Positions 19,640-28,984 of a stretch of DNA of 64,000 bases are shown here, one piece after another. Both the position numbers and the translations under genes were made by a program. Source of the DNA: a virus. The stretch spans positions 1 to 64,000 of IMG/VR virus record IMGVR_UViG_3300025910_000007. The stretch is one strand, 5' to 3'. The notes below the pieces were generated by a model. That model searched no databases. It saw nothing but the letters and a program-made list of their open reading frames with translations, and was not told the DNA's origin. Every line of letters starts with the position of its first letter. The first letter of the stretch is position 1.

Positions 19640-19662
19640 GTTTCGTCTCCGTTGACAGGGGG

Positions 19663-20081
19663 CAAATCATTCAGGGGCTTCGGTTCTATCTGGGCACGCA
19701 GTTCATTCCGAGGCAGCAGTTCCATCTTTCTTTTCGGTTCATTCAGTCAGGGCACTTTTCTGTCTGAGCAAGCAGTTCATTCAGCCGTGGCGATTCTATC
19801 TATGCATCCAGTTCATTCCTCGTTCGCTGTTCTGTCTTTTGCGACAATTCATTCCAAAGCCGCAGCTCTATCTGTGTCTTCAGTTCATTCCTTGTGGACA
19901 GTTCCATCGGTGTCTACAATTCATTCCCGTGTCACGGTTCTATTTTGCACCGCAATTCATTCATTCGCAGCAGTTCTATCCCGGCTCTCGGTTCATTCCG
20001 CGGTCACTGTTCTATCAAAGGAAGCAGTTCATTCGCGTGCGACATTTCTGTCTGACTCCACAGTTCATTCCAACACCTCAG
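19663..20081 (-). repeat. TIGR-type dual-repeat guide array (downstream, about 11 units of 36 nt)
   Basis: minus strand GAATGAACTG-N8-GA(T/C)AGAACTG-N8; second repeat starts at plus 19681, 19717, 19755, 19791 ... 20043. Confidence 0.9.
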
Positions 20082-21101
20082 TTATTCGCTCACTGGCCAG
20101 CACGGCGGCGGGATGTAGTGGACGTGTCCGCCATGTTCCAGCACCCACGGCTTCGGCATCGGCAGCCCCAGAATCTCGCGGCCTATCTGATGGTAGTGGC
20201 TGAGGAAAATCGTCACCGCGTAGCGAGCTGCCCGCCGATCCACTCCAACAGGCTGCAAACGTCCGTCTGCCCACAGCTTCTTCTGGTCAGGGGAAATCGC
20301 CAGCCCCTTGCGTTTGGCCAGTTCCAACCGTCCCAATGCTTGCTCGCGGAACAACCCCGCATCGTTCCGCTGCGTCTCTCGTTGTTTGCGTTCGCTGTAC
20401 AGCCTGACGTAGAGGTAATTGTCATTCTGCAAGCTGCTGGCACGCTTCTGCGCCCGTGCCCGTTTGGCCTTCACCTTCGTCAGCAGTTCAGTACCAGACA
20501 GTTCGATGCCCTTGTCGGCATGTTCCTTCAGCACCTTCTCGGCGATGACATCGTCGTCCCCGTTCAGGGACGTTTCGCTTACGGTCAGCTTCTTGAAGGA
20601 TTCGCCCAACTTGTAACACAGTGTCTTGAGTCGAGCATTCCACGGCCGTTTCTGACCGCGTTCCCACGGCTGAAGTTTGGGGTCCAGCAATCCAGCAAAA
20701 CGCCAGATCGCACCCGCAGTCTGAGCACGGGCAACGTCGATATGGGCCAGCAGCCCCGCGGCGATCACCGCGTCTACCCCGGCGATGCTCATGGCCCAAC
20801 GGCCCAATGGGCGGGCCTGCGCGAATTCCCGCAGCACCCGGGCTGATTCTCTTTCCAGTCGCTCCAGCCGCTGCTTCATCTCCGTAATGAGGACCGGATC
20901 GGCAAGGATATCGGTACTGCGTTCATGTGCCGACTCCTTGTTGCGGGCGCCGACACGCAGTTTCTGGATGCCGTAGTACATGCCTACGGCTGCGGCCATC
21001 TGTTCGCGGTCGAACGTGTGAGCTTCAGCCAGCTGGTCCTTGGTGTACCGCGCCGTTTCCGGCTCCATCAGCAGCGGGGCGGTTCCGTTCGTCGTCTTCA
21101 T
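20082..21101 (-). CDS. tasA: TIGR-associated Nop-domain protein, nuclease-less (TasA-like)
   Basis: YYGIQKLRV coiled coil, SIAGVDAVIAAGLLAHID, IWRFAGL, PWNARLKTLCYKLGESF, RRAARYAVTIFLSHY; no RuvC/HNH or DEDD domain; flanked by 36-nt arrays. Confidence 0.85.
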   Translation of the reverse strand: MKTTNGTAPLLMEPETARYTKDQLAEAHTFDREQMAAAVGMYYGIQKLRVGARNKESAHERSTDILADPVLITEMKQRLERLERESARVLREFAQARPLGRWAMSIAGVDAVIAAGLLAHIDVARAQTAGAIWRFAGLLDPKLQPWERGQKRPWNARLKTLCYKLGESFKKLTVSETSLNGDDDVIAEKVLKEHADKGIELSGTELLTKVKAKRARAQKRASSLQNDNYLYVRLYSERKQRETQRNDAGLFREQALGRLELAKRKGLAISPDQKKLWADGRLQPVGVDRRAARYAVTIFLSHYHQIGREILGLPMPKPWVLEHGGHVHYIPPPCWPVSE

Positions 21102-21121
21102 GGGTTTCTCCTGTTTGCAAA

Positions 21122-21380
21122 AGGGACGTTCACAGATAGCAGTTCTGTCAGCAGCAGCTCATTCAATCGTTGCAGTTCTATCTTTCGTCTCAGCTCATTC
21201 AGGGGATACAGTTCTGTCTGTCAGTGCAATTCATTCTGTTCGTGCAGTTCTGTCTGAGGGTCCAGTTCATTCTCTCGGGGCAGTTCTGTCATACTCCGCA
21301 GTTCGTTCCGCCATTTCAGTTCTATCTGTCTGCTTAGCTCATTCTCTCGGAGCGGTTCTATCGGAGGGGTCAGTTACTTC
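21122..21380 (-). repeat. TIGR-type dual-repeat guide array (upstream, about 7 units)
   Basis: same two 10-nt repeats with 8-nt spacers; one spacer shortened to 5 nt (21150-21154). Confidence 0.9.
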
Positions 21381-21865
21381 ATCGCTTCCTTCATCAGTCC
21401 GGCCAGTTGCGCCTCAGTCCAGGCATCTGCAACCATCTGCCCGTCCTGCATTCCCGCTGCCACTGCTTCGAGGAACGCAGCCTGCCGGGCGTTACCAATC
21501 TCACGTTGGCGGTATCCTACAGCCGATTTCATCACCTGCGTTCGAGTAGCGACGGATAGCCGCGTCCCATCAGGCAACGGCCAGTTGTAGAACTTGCCGC
21601 ATGCCACTACTATCGAATCACGAAACCGGCGACTGTAGGTTCGCGGCGACCCGCAATCACGGGCAATCACGCAGCGGGCTTCCCGCTGGACTTCTCGCAA
21701 GGCTTCTTTGGCGGCCATTTCTACCGCCGCACGTACCGTCATGGCATTGGCCAGAATCACGACCACCATTTCTTCGACGGCCATTGGGGTATAACCGTAC
21801 TGCTCATAAGCAGCCGTAGCGGCGTCCCGAATTGACACAGCAGTATCTGCCTGTCCGCTCTCCAT
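21374..21865 (-). CDS. hypothetical protein immediately upstream of the TIGR array
   Basis: 163-aa ORF with GGAG RBS; stop codon lies inside the first degenerate repeat. Confidence 0.6.
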   Translation of the reverse strand: MESGQADTAVSIRDAATAAYEQYGYTPMAVEEMVVVILANAMTVRAAVEMAAKEALREVQREARCVIARDCGSPRTYSRRFRDSIVVACGKFYNWPLPDGTRLSVATRTQVMKSAVGYRQREIGNARQAAFLEAVAAGMQDGQMVADAWTEAQLAGLMKEAMK

Positions 21866-21866
21866 G

Positions 21867-22337
21867 TCATCGCTCCTTCGTCAACGCTACGTCCATGTTG
21901 TCCTTCAATTCTTCCATCTCCAGCCGCTTCAGTGTATCGCGCATGCCCTTGATCTGGTCGCGGCGTCGTTGCCGTTTCAGGTTCAGCAGATGGGCATTCA
22001 GTTCGTGCAACGACTTCGGCGGCTGCGGACGATGAAGGTCTCCAGCGGAACGCGGCATCTCATTGTGGCAATCCACGTTCCGCCGTTCTACTTCATAGCC
22101 CAACGCCTGTAGGACGCGGTAAGCGCACGAATAGCGATCTCCGTAGCCGTCGTGAATCAAGACGTCGCCAAGGTAGATCGCGTCACCGTGATAGCTGATG
22201 ATGGTGATTTTGGGCTTTGGCTCATTCGCAGTTTCCAGTGCGGCGACCAGAGCGTTGCGCACGTCTGCATCGGTCCAGTGGCTGTATGGAGGCAGCTTGT
22301 TCGCAGCAGCGCAGACCATTGCTTCGGTGACTTGCAT
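21867..22337 (-). CDS. hypothetical protein
   Basis: MQVTEAMVCAA start after GGAGG. Confidence 0.5.
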   Translation of the reverse strand: MQVTEAMVCAAANKLPPYSHWTDADVRNALVAALETANEPKPKITIISYHGDAIYLGDVLIHDGYGDRYSCAYRVLQALGYEVERRNVDCHNEMPRSAGDLHRPQPPKSLHELNAHLLNLKRQRRRDQIKGMRDTLKRLEMEELKDNMDVALTKER

Positions 22338-22705
22338 TATTTGGCCTCCTTCGTCAGTACCAACGGTCCCGGATCGGCTTCCGATTTGAACGTATCGAAC
22401 AACCAGCGGCGGGCTTCTGGTGGGAATTTCTCTACCATCTTCAGCGGGTCTTTCAACCGCAGCGCTTCCCGCACCGCGTAATGCCGCAGCAGTTCCTTGG
22501 CGATGGCCATAGCACGTATCTGCGTTTTGCAACGGCACAAGCTGTAGCCGACGGACGCTGCGGTGATTTTGTAGCCGGGGACGTCGTTTATCGGCCTGTG
22601 AATGGCCAGCAGCCCATCCGGGGACACCATCGCTTCCCAATCCATGAACGTGAATTTGTCATCTGTCATCAGACGGATGACGCGAAGTTTCCAGGCTTTA
22701 CTCAT
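22337..22705 (-). CDS. hypothetical protein
   Basis: operon tiling. Confidence 0.5.
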   Translation of the reverse strand: MSKAWKLRVIRLMTDDKFTFMDWEAMVSPDGLLAIHRPINDVPGYKITAASVGYSLCRCKTQIRAMAIAKELLRHYAVREALRLKDPLKMVEKFPPEARRWLFDTFKSEADPGPLVLTKEAK

Positions 22706-23777
22706 AACGGGGCTTCCTGTTCACTTCGCATGCTGCTTCGATCTCCGACCAGACTTGACTGACCAGCAGGCGCAGTTCCTTGACCTTGTCTTGCTCTTCG
22801 ATCTGTTCGATTAGCTTCTCCTTTGGTCCCTCGAAATTGAATTCCGGGGCAATGACCGTTTTCGCCTTGCTGGTATCTTTGTCGTCATCGCCGCCATCTT
22901 TGCCCTTGGCGGGCTTCCAGCGTTTCTCTTCCATCATGAAATCGACGCAGCTGCCTACGTCGTCCATGCCCAACCCCGGATAGAACGGCACGCGAATGCG
23001 ATGATGGCGGCCGTTCTCGCGGTTCTTCTTGACGTGCATCACGAGGTAAGAGCCGATTTCCCGTTCCTTGCCCAGCACTTTGCTTTTGATGGCACCACCC
23101 AGACTGAACCAGATTTCTGATGTGGCATAGTACGTCAACGCCTGTCCGCCAGAACGTGTCTTGGGGTTGAACGGATTGCCGATGTTGACGCGGGACTGTT
23201 TGACGACGATCAGGATGCTGCCAGGTTTGGTTTCGTCCAGACCGTTGTGGGCGCCACGCATCTCTGACGAATTCATCATTGCCTTGTCGGTGCCGTATTC
23301 CTTCCCCTTGCTGCCCGCCTCCGTCTTCAGTGCGTCCTCACTGTCCAGAACATACATGAAGGGGCGGCCTTCCTTGACCGCGGTAGTGACGTTGTCGTAG
23401 AACTGGTTGAGCGTGCGTGATGCTCCCTTCTTCGTTGGTGGTTCCAGCCGATCCGCCAACCTGCCACCAAAGAATTTGCGCACGTCCATCAAGGCACCGC
23501 GTTCAGTTGGGTCATAGATCAGGCGGTAGTTGTCATAGTGCGAATTGATGGATGCTTCCGCCAGCATCTGCAAAGCGGCCATCGTCTTGCCGGCCTGACT
23601 GTCCCCTACCAGCATGTAGTACATCGATGGGAACAACCCAACGCCCGGACGACTGGTCAAACCGAGATTGAGCAGCGTCAAGCCAGTAGACAGCCCCATC
23701 TTGAAATCGGGACGGCCTGCCGGAGGTTTGTCTGCGAGCAGTTTCTTCTTCATGCGTTCGACAGTCTTGCTGGCCAT
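22698..23777 (-). CDS. recA: RecA/UvsX-like recombinase
   Basis: STGLTLLN, Walker A GDSQAGKT, YVLDS, TRSGGQALTYYA, VKKNR. Confidence 0.85.
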   Translation of the reverse strand: MASKTVERMKKKLLADKPPAGRPDFKMGLSTGLTLLNLGLTSRPGVGLFPSMYYMLVGDSQAGKTMAALQMLAEASINSHYDNYRLIYDPTERGALMDVRKFFGGRLADRLEPPTKKGASRTLNQFYDNVTTAVKEGRPFMYVLDSEDALKTEAGSKGKEYGTDKAMMNSSEMRGAHNGLDETKPGSILIVVKQSRVNIGNPFNPKTRSGGQALTYYATSEIWFSLGGAIKSKVLGKEREIGSYLVMHVKKNRENGRHHRIRVPFYPGLGMDDVGSCVDFMMEEKRWKPAKGKDGGDDDKDTSKAKTVIAPEFNFEGPKEKLIEQIEEQDKVKELRLLVSQVWSEIEAACEVNRKPRYE

Positions 23778-23796
23778 GTTGAAAGTTCCTTGAAGA

Positions 23797-24394
23797 CGAG
23801 ACGTCCGGAGTTGCACCGGGTCCGTTGCCGGACGGGTCTATGGCTAGCCGTCCACACGTCTCGATGATTAGGAAGTGCCGAGCTACCACTCGTGCTATTT
23901 AGGCCGTTCAAAGCCAGTCACGATTGACCAGTCCAACTGACACCGCTCCAAGTGGTCATTGCCCAGCACTTCCTAGATGGGGCGGTTGGATTTGCACCAA
24001 CGAATTACCCGGCTATGGGCCAGAGCTTCCTATCCGCTTACACCCCAAACATGGGGATGGTCGGCACCCCGTGTACTCGGTCTATGCCTTTGTCCGGTAG
24101 CTGACCATCCCCAAGATATCGGGCAGGGAGTCGAACCCTGCTCTTCCAGTTTGGTTCTGAGGACAAACTGGCGTGCGCCGTACACCACCGATTCATGCGG
24201 CGTCCTTGCCTGTCCTCCCTATCCATACGCCTCTGTTCCAGCAGGATTGTCTGGAATCGAACCAGATCGGCTGTGGGGAGTTTCCATCCCCTCCGGGTTA
24301 CGTTCCTCAGCCTGCAATACCCCGTGATTGCTCCAATCCTCCAGCCGTTCTTTTTCCACCCTGCGAACGGCAACAGGCAGGAAGGAACGTCCGC
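23797..24394 (-). ncRNA. packed array of aberrant tRNA-like and stem-closed RNA modules
   Basis: modules 23797-23863, 23869-23975, 23978-24047, 24052-24113, 24118-24192, 24243-24340, each closed by a terminal stem; four have T-arms. Confidence 0.65.
23978..24047 (-). tRNA. degenerate tRNA-Met(CAT)-like element
   Basis: TGGGGTG/CGCCCCA acceptor, TCTGG-CCCATAG-CCGGG anticodon arm, GTTGG-TGCAAAT-CCAAC T-arm; non-canonical U33 and T-loop, no CCA. Confidence 0.4.
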
Positions 24395-24425
24395 TGATAC
24401 GCACCGAACGCCCCTTGTGGCTCAG

Positions 24426-25607
24426 TTAGTCCTCGTCATCTTCCGGGTCTTCGTCATCCCCATCGTCTTCATCTTCCTCCGGCTCTTCGTCGTCCTCGTC
24501 ATCCGATTCATCATCTTCCTTGACGGCCGACGCCTTGCGCTTCGGGGCCGGTGCATCGTCCTTGTCATCATCATCGTCTTCCGGCGTATCTTCCTCTTCT
24601 TGAATGCGGGTGACGTCGCTCGGCTTGATCTTGGCGTAGGCCGTCCCCTCTTCATCTTCCAGCGCCAGCAGCCCCTTGGATGAAACGGCGGTGATCTCGC
24701 ATTCCTTTTTCTTGTACATCACCATCCCGCCGATGACGAAATCCTCCGCCGGTTCAGTAGTATCCTTGTCATCGTCGGCGTCCTTGTGCGCCTTGGTAGG
24801 GGCCGCGTCTTCATCATCCCCATTGTCCGACGCACGAGACCGGCGCGGGGCCTCATCGTCGTCATGATCTTCAGCGTCAACGCTGCCGGCGTTCAGCAAC
24901 ATCGTCAGCTTCTTGGGATCGGGGCGAATCAGCATGGCTTCCAGCGACGACGTCCGCTCCAGCATGTCATCGGGGTATTCGTACTCACGCGGCTGGAAAT
25001 CGATGCGGCCGACCTGCCGGTATTTCTTGTTGGTGATCGCCACCCGCAGCGTCTGGCCCGTTTTCAGGTCGAAGAAGTCCTTGTCCCCGCGCAGAGCGTC
25101 GATGGCTACCTTGAGTTGCTGGCCGAAGCCAAAGCCGCGATTGAAGTAGGCGGCGCTCAGCACCTTGAGCGGGTTCTTCAACTTGCCCGGCTTGTCGTTG
25201 ACCCAGAACAGATTGCGCCGCTGCGGCTGCAACGGATCGGATTCCCCCTTGGGCACCCGCGGCAGTTCGTTACGCATCTTGCAGACAGGGCAGGGGGCGT
25301 CGTACACCTCACGCAGACAGCAGCACTTGTAGCCGAAGCCGCCGTCCGCTTCGGGCACCGAATGCTGTGCGTAGGTCAATTCCCAGTGCTGGAACCCTGC
25401 GTCAGCGCTGGGATTGCGTACCGCATCGCCCACGATGTAGGGCATGATGTCGAACGACAGCACGTCTTCGGTCAGGTCGAACCACTCAACGCCTTCTGGC
25501 AGCTTGACCGCTGTCGGTCCACGAGTCTCGGACTGCTTCTTCGACCACTCGGCCGCGGACGTCTTCCGTGCCTGTTCCTTCGCCTTTTCCCTCTGACTCT
25601 TCGCCAT
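24426..25607 (-). CDS. single-stranded DNA-binding protein (gp32-like) with long acidic tail
   Basis: H...CC...CPVC zinc motif, DFFDLKTG, very acidic C-terminus; next to recA. Confidence 0.7.
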   Translation of the reverse strand: MAKSQREKAKEQARKTSAAEWSKKQSETRGPTAVKLPEGVEWFDLTEDVLSFDIMPYIVGDAVRNPSADAGFQHWELTYAQHSVPEADGGFGYKCCCLREVYDAPCPVCKMRNELPRVPKGESDPLQPQRRNLFWVNDKPGKLKNPLKVLSAAYFNRGFGFGQQLKVAIDALRGDKDFFDLKTGQTLRVAITNKKYRQVGRIDFQPREYEYPDDMLERTSSLEAMLIRPDPKKLTMLLNAGSVDAEDHDDDEAPRRSRASDNGDDEDAAPTKAHKDADDDKDTTEPAEDFVIGGMVMYKKKECEITAVSSKGLLALEDEEGTAYAKIKPSDVTRIQEEEDTPEDDDDDKDDAPAPKRKASAVKEDDESDDEDDEEPEEDEDDGDDEDPEDDED

Positions 25608-25746
25608 TAGTCATTCTCCTTCGTGTGTCGGATCGTTCTTCAATTCGTTGGCTCGCAACCATCCCAGGCGGGCCAGTTTTACGCAGACATACAGGCCGAA
25701 CGGTAGTCCGGCCATCGTCATCGCCCCGAAGCAGTACCAGCCGAAT

Positions 25747-26256
25747 TCACTCATCGGTGTTTCGCTCCCGCCGATGCTTGCTTTGGAACGCAGTCACGGC
25801 TTCATTACGGCGGTGTTCATCCATGTGTTCGCGGGCTGCGTCCGTTGATACCCGCGGCTTGGCCCAGTAGCCGCTCAAAAAGAGGTCAACCTCCTTGGAA
25901 ATCGCGGTCTTCCTATGTTCCAGTGTACTTACCGCAGCCTGCGCCATATCGACGGCGTGCTTGGCAGTGATTTCCTTGGACAGTGCCTTGCGGTAACGTG
26001 GGTCCAACAAGACCGCTTCCTCGACTGCTTCTTTGGGTTGTGCTTTCACCAGCCCAAAAGCCTCGGGGTTCTTGCGTACTTCCTGCGCGACTTCGGCGGC
26101 GACTACTTCTCGTTGCGCCTTGGCCCGTTCATGATCCTGGCGGACATCAGCCAGGATCGTTGCGTACTGGTGATAGAGGCGAACGTGGTTTTCCAGTTCA
26201 ACCTCTAGCCGGAAACGGTCGAATACGAAGAAATCGGGCTCTTTGTCGGTTTTCAT
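25747..26256 (-). CDS. UvsY-like recombination mediator
   Basis: helical, LEHRK..I...V.L...GYW motif; between ssb and clamp loader. Confidence 0.55.
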   Translation of the reverse strand: MKTDKEPDFFVFDRFRLEVELENHVRLYHQYATILADVRQDHERAKAQREVVAAEVAQEVRKNPEAFGLVKAQPKEAVEEAVLLDPRYRKALSKEITAKHAVDMAQAAVSTLEHRKTAISKEVDLFLSGYWAKPRVSTDAAREHMDEHRRNEAVTAFQSKHRRERNTDE

Positions 26257-26438
26257 TTCAATGTATCTCCGGATTGAACGCGGCGAACCTTGACGGAACT
26301 GCGGTCGAACCGATGAACCTTTTCCGTTTGGTCTTTGCTGCCGGCCCAAACGGACACAGCTTCTTCGATGTACTGTTCCATCTCGGCGATTGTCGCACCG
26401 TCAGGAACATCAATGGTCACGAGAAACAACCGAATCAT
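26253..26438 (-). CDS. hypothetical protein
   Basis: operon tiling. Confidence 0.45.
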   Translation of the reverse strand: MIRLFLVTIDVPDGATIAEMEQYIEEAVSVWAGSKDQTEKVHRFDRSSVKVRRVQSGDTLK

Positions 26439-27027
26439 CCTGCACCTCAGTTGCCCACACCCTTAAGTATCCCGCTTCTTCCCCGCGTTCTTCCAGCCAA
26501 TCTGCCAGGATCAGCAGTTTGCCCATGTCCAGGGGCAGCAACAGCACTCCGTCCAGCATCTTCTGTGCTGCGGCGAAAATACCAGTACGGGTGCGGCGTC
26601 GTACCAGTTCGCGAATGACTTCTGCGTGCAATGCGGTAAAGATTTCGTCGCGGGGGCTATCATCGTAAGGACGCAGAAACCAGCGGCAGCCGGCCGGTTC
26701 GCCTAGTATCTGATCGCACTCATAACAAACCTTGGCGAAGAATTCCTCAGCTTCCTCAACTGTTGCATCGGACGCATTTGGATCAGCTGATGCATCCATC
26801 CAGAAACAGAACACTATTGCGTCCGCCGATTCGATAGGCCAATCACGTACTGACTGCACTGGTGGTGGCGAACAGGTTACGCCCTGTATCAACCGAGCGT
26901 CGTCCGATACCAACGCTTCCCGCAATGCTTCCAGCCCCTTTTCGGGCAGCTGATGGACAATGCCTCGTCGCCAGGTATCTCGCCAGTCTTCCATGCATAT
27001 CCCCGATTTAGTATCCCAATCAACCAC
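26410..27027 (-). CDS. Planctomycete-type hypothetical with C-terminal TIGR02996-like motif
   Basis: WR..WRRG...GLEALREAL..DD.RLIQG.T..PPP...; LLILADWLEERGE. Confidence 0.6.
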   Translation of the reverse strand: MVDWDTKSGICMEDWRDTWRRGIVHQLPEKGLEALREALVSDDARLIQGVTCSPPPVQSVRDWPIESADAIVFCFWMDASADPNASDATVEEAEEFFAKVCYECDQILGEPAGCRWFLRPYDDSPRDEIFTALHAEVIRELVRRRTRTGIFAAAQKMLDGVLLLPLDMGKLLILADWLEERGEEAGYLRVWATEVQDDSVVSRDH

Positions 27028-28027
27028 CGCGGCCGCGAACCACTTCGAGACACGCCCAGACCAGTCCGTTGAACCCGTTGCGGCCAGCGTTGTACATGGG
27101 ATCGCGGAACGTCTCCAGTATCAACCCCGCTGTGCCCGCAGATTTGACGTCCTTTGCCTTCATTGCAGTATCCGCTGCGTTGGCCATCACCAGCCGCCGC
27201 ACCATCTCGGGGTCTTCGCCGCCTTCCTTGACGTCCTTCAGTATCTTCGCCACCGCGTCCCATCTGCCTTGTTGCCAGAGCAATGCTTTGACCAGATCGA
27301 ACGCCTTTTTCTGTACGCCTTCAGGCGCCAGCGCGGCCAGTCGTTCAGCGTCATCAGTGTATCGCAATGCTTTTTGCAGATCGTTGAGTGCGGTGCGGGC
27401 ACTGCCTTCCGCTCGTTGCACGATTTGATCGATCAGCTGTGATTTGACGGGTAGTCCTTCCTTGTCCGCAATCGTTTTGACCAGCGTCGTCAGGTCCGTA
27501 ATGCTCAGCGGTTTGAGAGCGATCACTTCGCAACGGGTACGGATAGCCTTGATGACCTTTTCGGGATCGGTGGTAGCCAGGAAGAAGTAGACGTGAGACG
27601 GAGTTTCTTCCAGCATGTTCAACAACGCTTGTTGTGCATGCGAAGTTCTGCTTAGCGACTGCACCTCCTCGAAAAACCAGATGCGACACTTGCCTGAACG
27701 GGGGGAAATGCCGATGCGCGATTTGATCCTGCGCGCTACGTTGATCGGTTCATCCCAAGCGGCGCAATCCTCTTCTGCGTAATCAGCCTCAGCACACTGT
27801 AGCTTCTTTTGCATGATACGGACCATCGTGGTTTTCCCCGTACCTGATGGTCCAGTCAACATGATGGCATGCGGCACTTTGCGAGCCTTGACCATGTCAG
27901 ATAGCTGCCGCACTGCGTCTGGCTGTCCGACGACGTCCGCCCATCGCGCCGGCCGCCATTTGCGGTAGAGCTGACTGGCCTCATCCCCATTACGTTCAGT
28001 CTGCGGGGCAGTATTCGTTTCAGGCAT
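27020..28027 (-). CDS. dnaX: clamp loader (DNA Pol III gamma/tau-like)
   Basis: LYRKWRP..W.DVVGQ, GPSGTGKTT, ALL..LEE.P, TTDPEK...IRTRC. Confidence 0.85.
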   Translation of the reverse strand: MPETNTAPQTERNGDEASQLYRKWRPARWADVVGQPDAVRQLSDMVKARKVPHAIMLTGPSGTGKTTMVRIMQKKLQCAEADYAEEDCAAWDEPINVARRIKSRIGISPRSGKCRIWFFEEVQSLSRTSHAQQALLNMLEETPSHVYFFLATTDPEKVIKAIRTRCEVIALKPLSITDLTTLVKTIADKEGLPVKSQLIDQIVQRAEGSARTALNDLQKALRYTDDAERLAALAPEGVQKKAFDLVKALLWQQGRWDAVAKILKDVKEGGEDPEMVRRLVMANAADTAMKAKDVKSAGTAGLILETFRDPMYNAGRNGFNGLVWACLEVVRGRGG

Positions 28028-28984
28028 CGTTGTCTCCAGTGGACTGTCGGTAGAGGCGTGCTGCATGTTCCACGTTCGCTACGGCCTGTCGATAGTACGA
28101 CTTCTTCAGTTCTGCCCCAATGCCCTTTCTGCCATTCTTGACCGCCACGTAGATTTCGCTTCCCACTCCCATGAATGGAGAAAACACCACATCATCGGGG
28201 GCAGACCACAAAGCCATGCAACGTTCGATCACATCCAATTGCAAGGGGCATATGTGACGGGCATCATCCTTGTCCTTGGCCTGCCGATAGGGCAGCACTC
28301 GCGTCTGGTCGATATCAAACCAGACCGGCGACGCATATTGCTGCCAGATCCAATGCGCCCGTTTGTTCTTGCGTGGGTCCGTATGCATCTTCAACTGCTT
28401 CGGTACGGACCGCTCCCCGTAATAGACCGTCAGGCCGTTCTCGTTGTTGATCGGTTTGGCGTTTTCGCCGGGCTTGCGGAACGCCAGCAAATAGTCGGGT
28501 ATGCCCGTCCGCACTATCGCGGAATCCTTGACCAGTTGTTGATGAGCCAGCCCAACCGCATGAGTGCGAACCGCCGCTATCAGCGGGTCTTTCCAAATGC
28601 AATGGCGGGAATGGAAGACAAATCCGTGCTCCTGAAACAGCCGGATGATGTCACCGCTAAAATCTTTCAGGCCGATTTCTTCGCCATTGCGTTTGTACGT
28701 TGGCAAGTCCATGCAATGTACCGCCACGATGCGGCCCGATGCCAGCGCCCGAAACAGTTCGGCAGCCAGATAGCCAAACTGCGTCAGGAATTCCTTGTAG
28801 GATCGGCAATTGCTCAGGTCGCGGGGGTCATCGCTGTATGAGTACAAGTCGAAAAAAACGGCGGCGAAAAGATGGAAAATCCTACTGATTCCGCCGGCAC
28901 TCCTTTCAGAATATCCATGCAGTCGCCACAATATAGGGCGTACTGAGGAGTGATTGTTTGTTTGTAGACATTGGCTATTGACAT
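28020..28984 (-). pseudogene. N4/N6 DNA methyltransferase frameshifted at a T7 tract (phase-off or sequencing error)
   Basis: ATG 28984 frame gives YCGDCM...FSPPF then a stop; DLYSYS...HICPLQ...FSPFMGVGSE is in another frame; the switch is at the A7 run (plus 28852-28858). Confidence 0.75.

Noticed and set aside
20082-21101. IS110 transposase/insertion sequence
   Set aside because: Only the Nop-like RNA-binding part is present; there is no N-terminal DEDD RuvC-like domain, and the gene is flanked by guide arrays.
19663-21380. CRISPR array
   Set aside because: Two alternating 10-nt repeats with 8-nt spacers and no cas genes; the architecture fits TIGR, not CRISPR.
19487-21549. Plus-strand ORFs 19487-20203, 19839-20846 and 21040-21549 as repeat proteins
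   Set aside because: They are by-products of the stop-free 36-nt repeat and are antisense to the operon.
28020-28931. ORF-track N-terminus MWRLHGYS of the methyltransferase
   Set aside because: It lacks the GDC and SPPF motifs, which lie in the frame starting at 28984.
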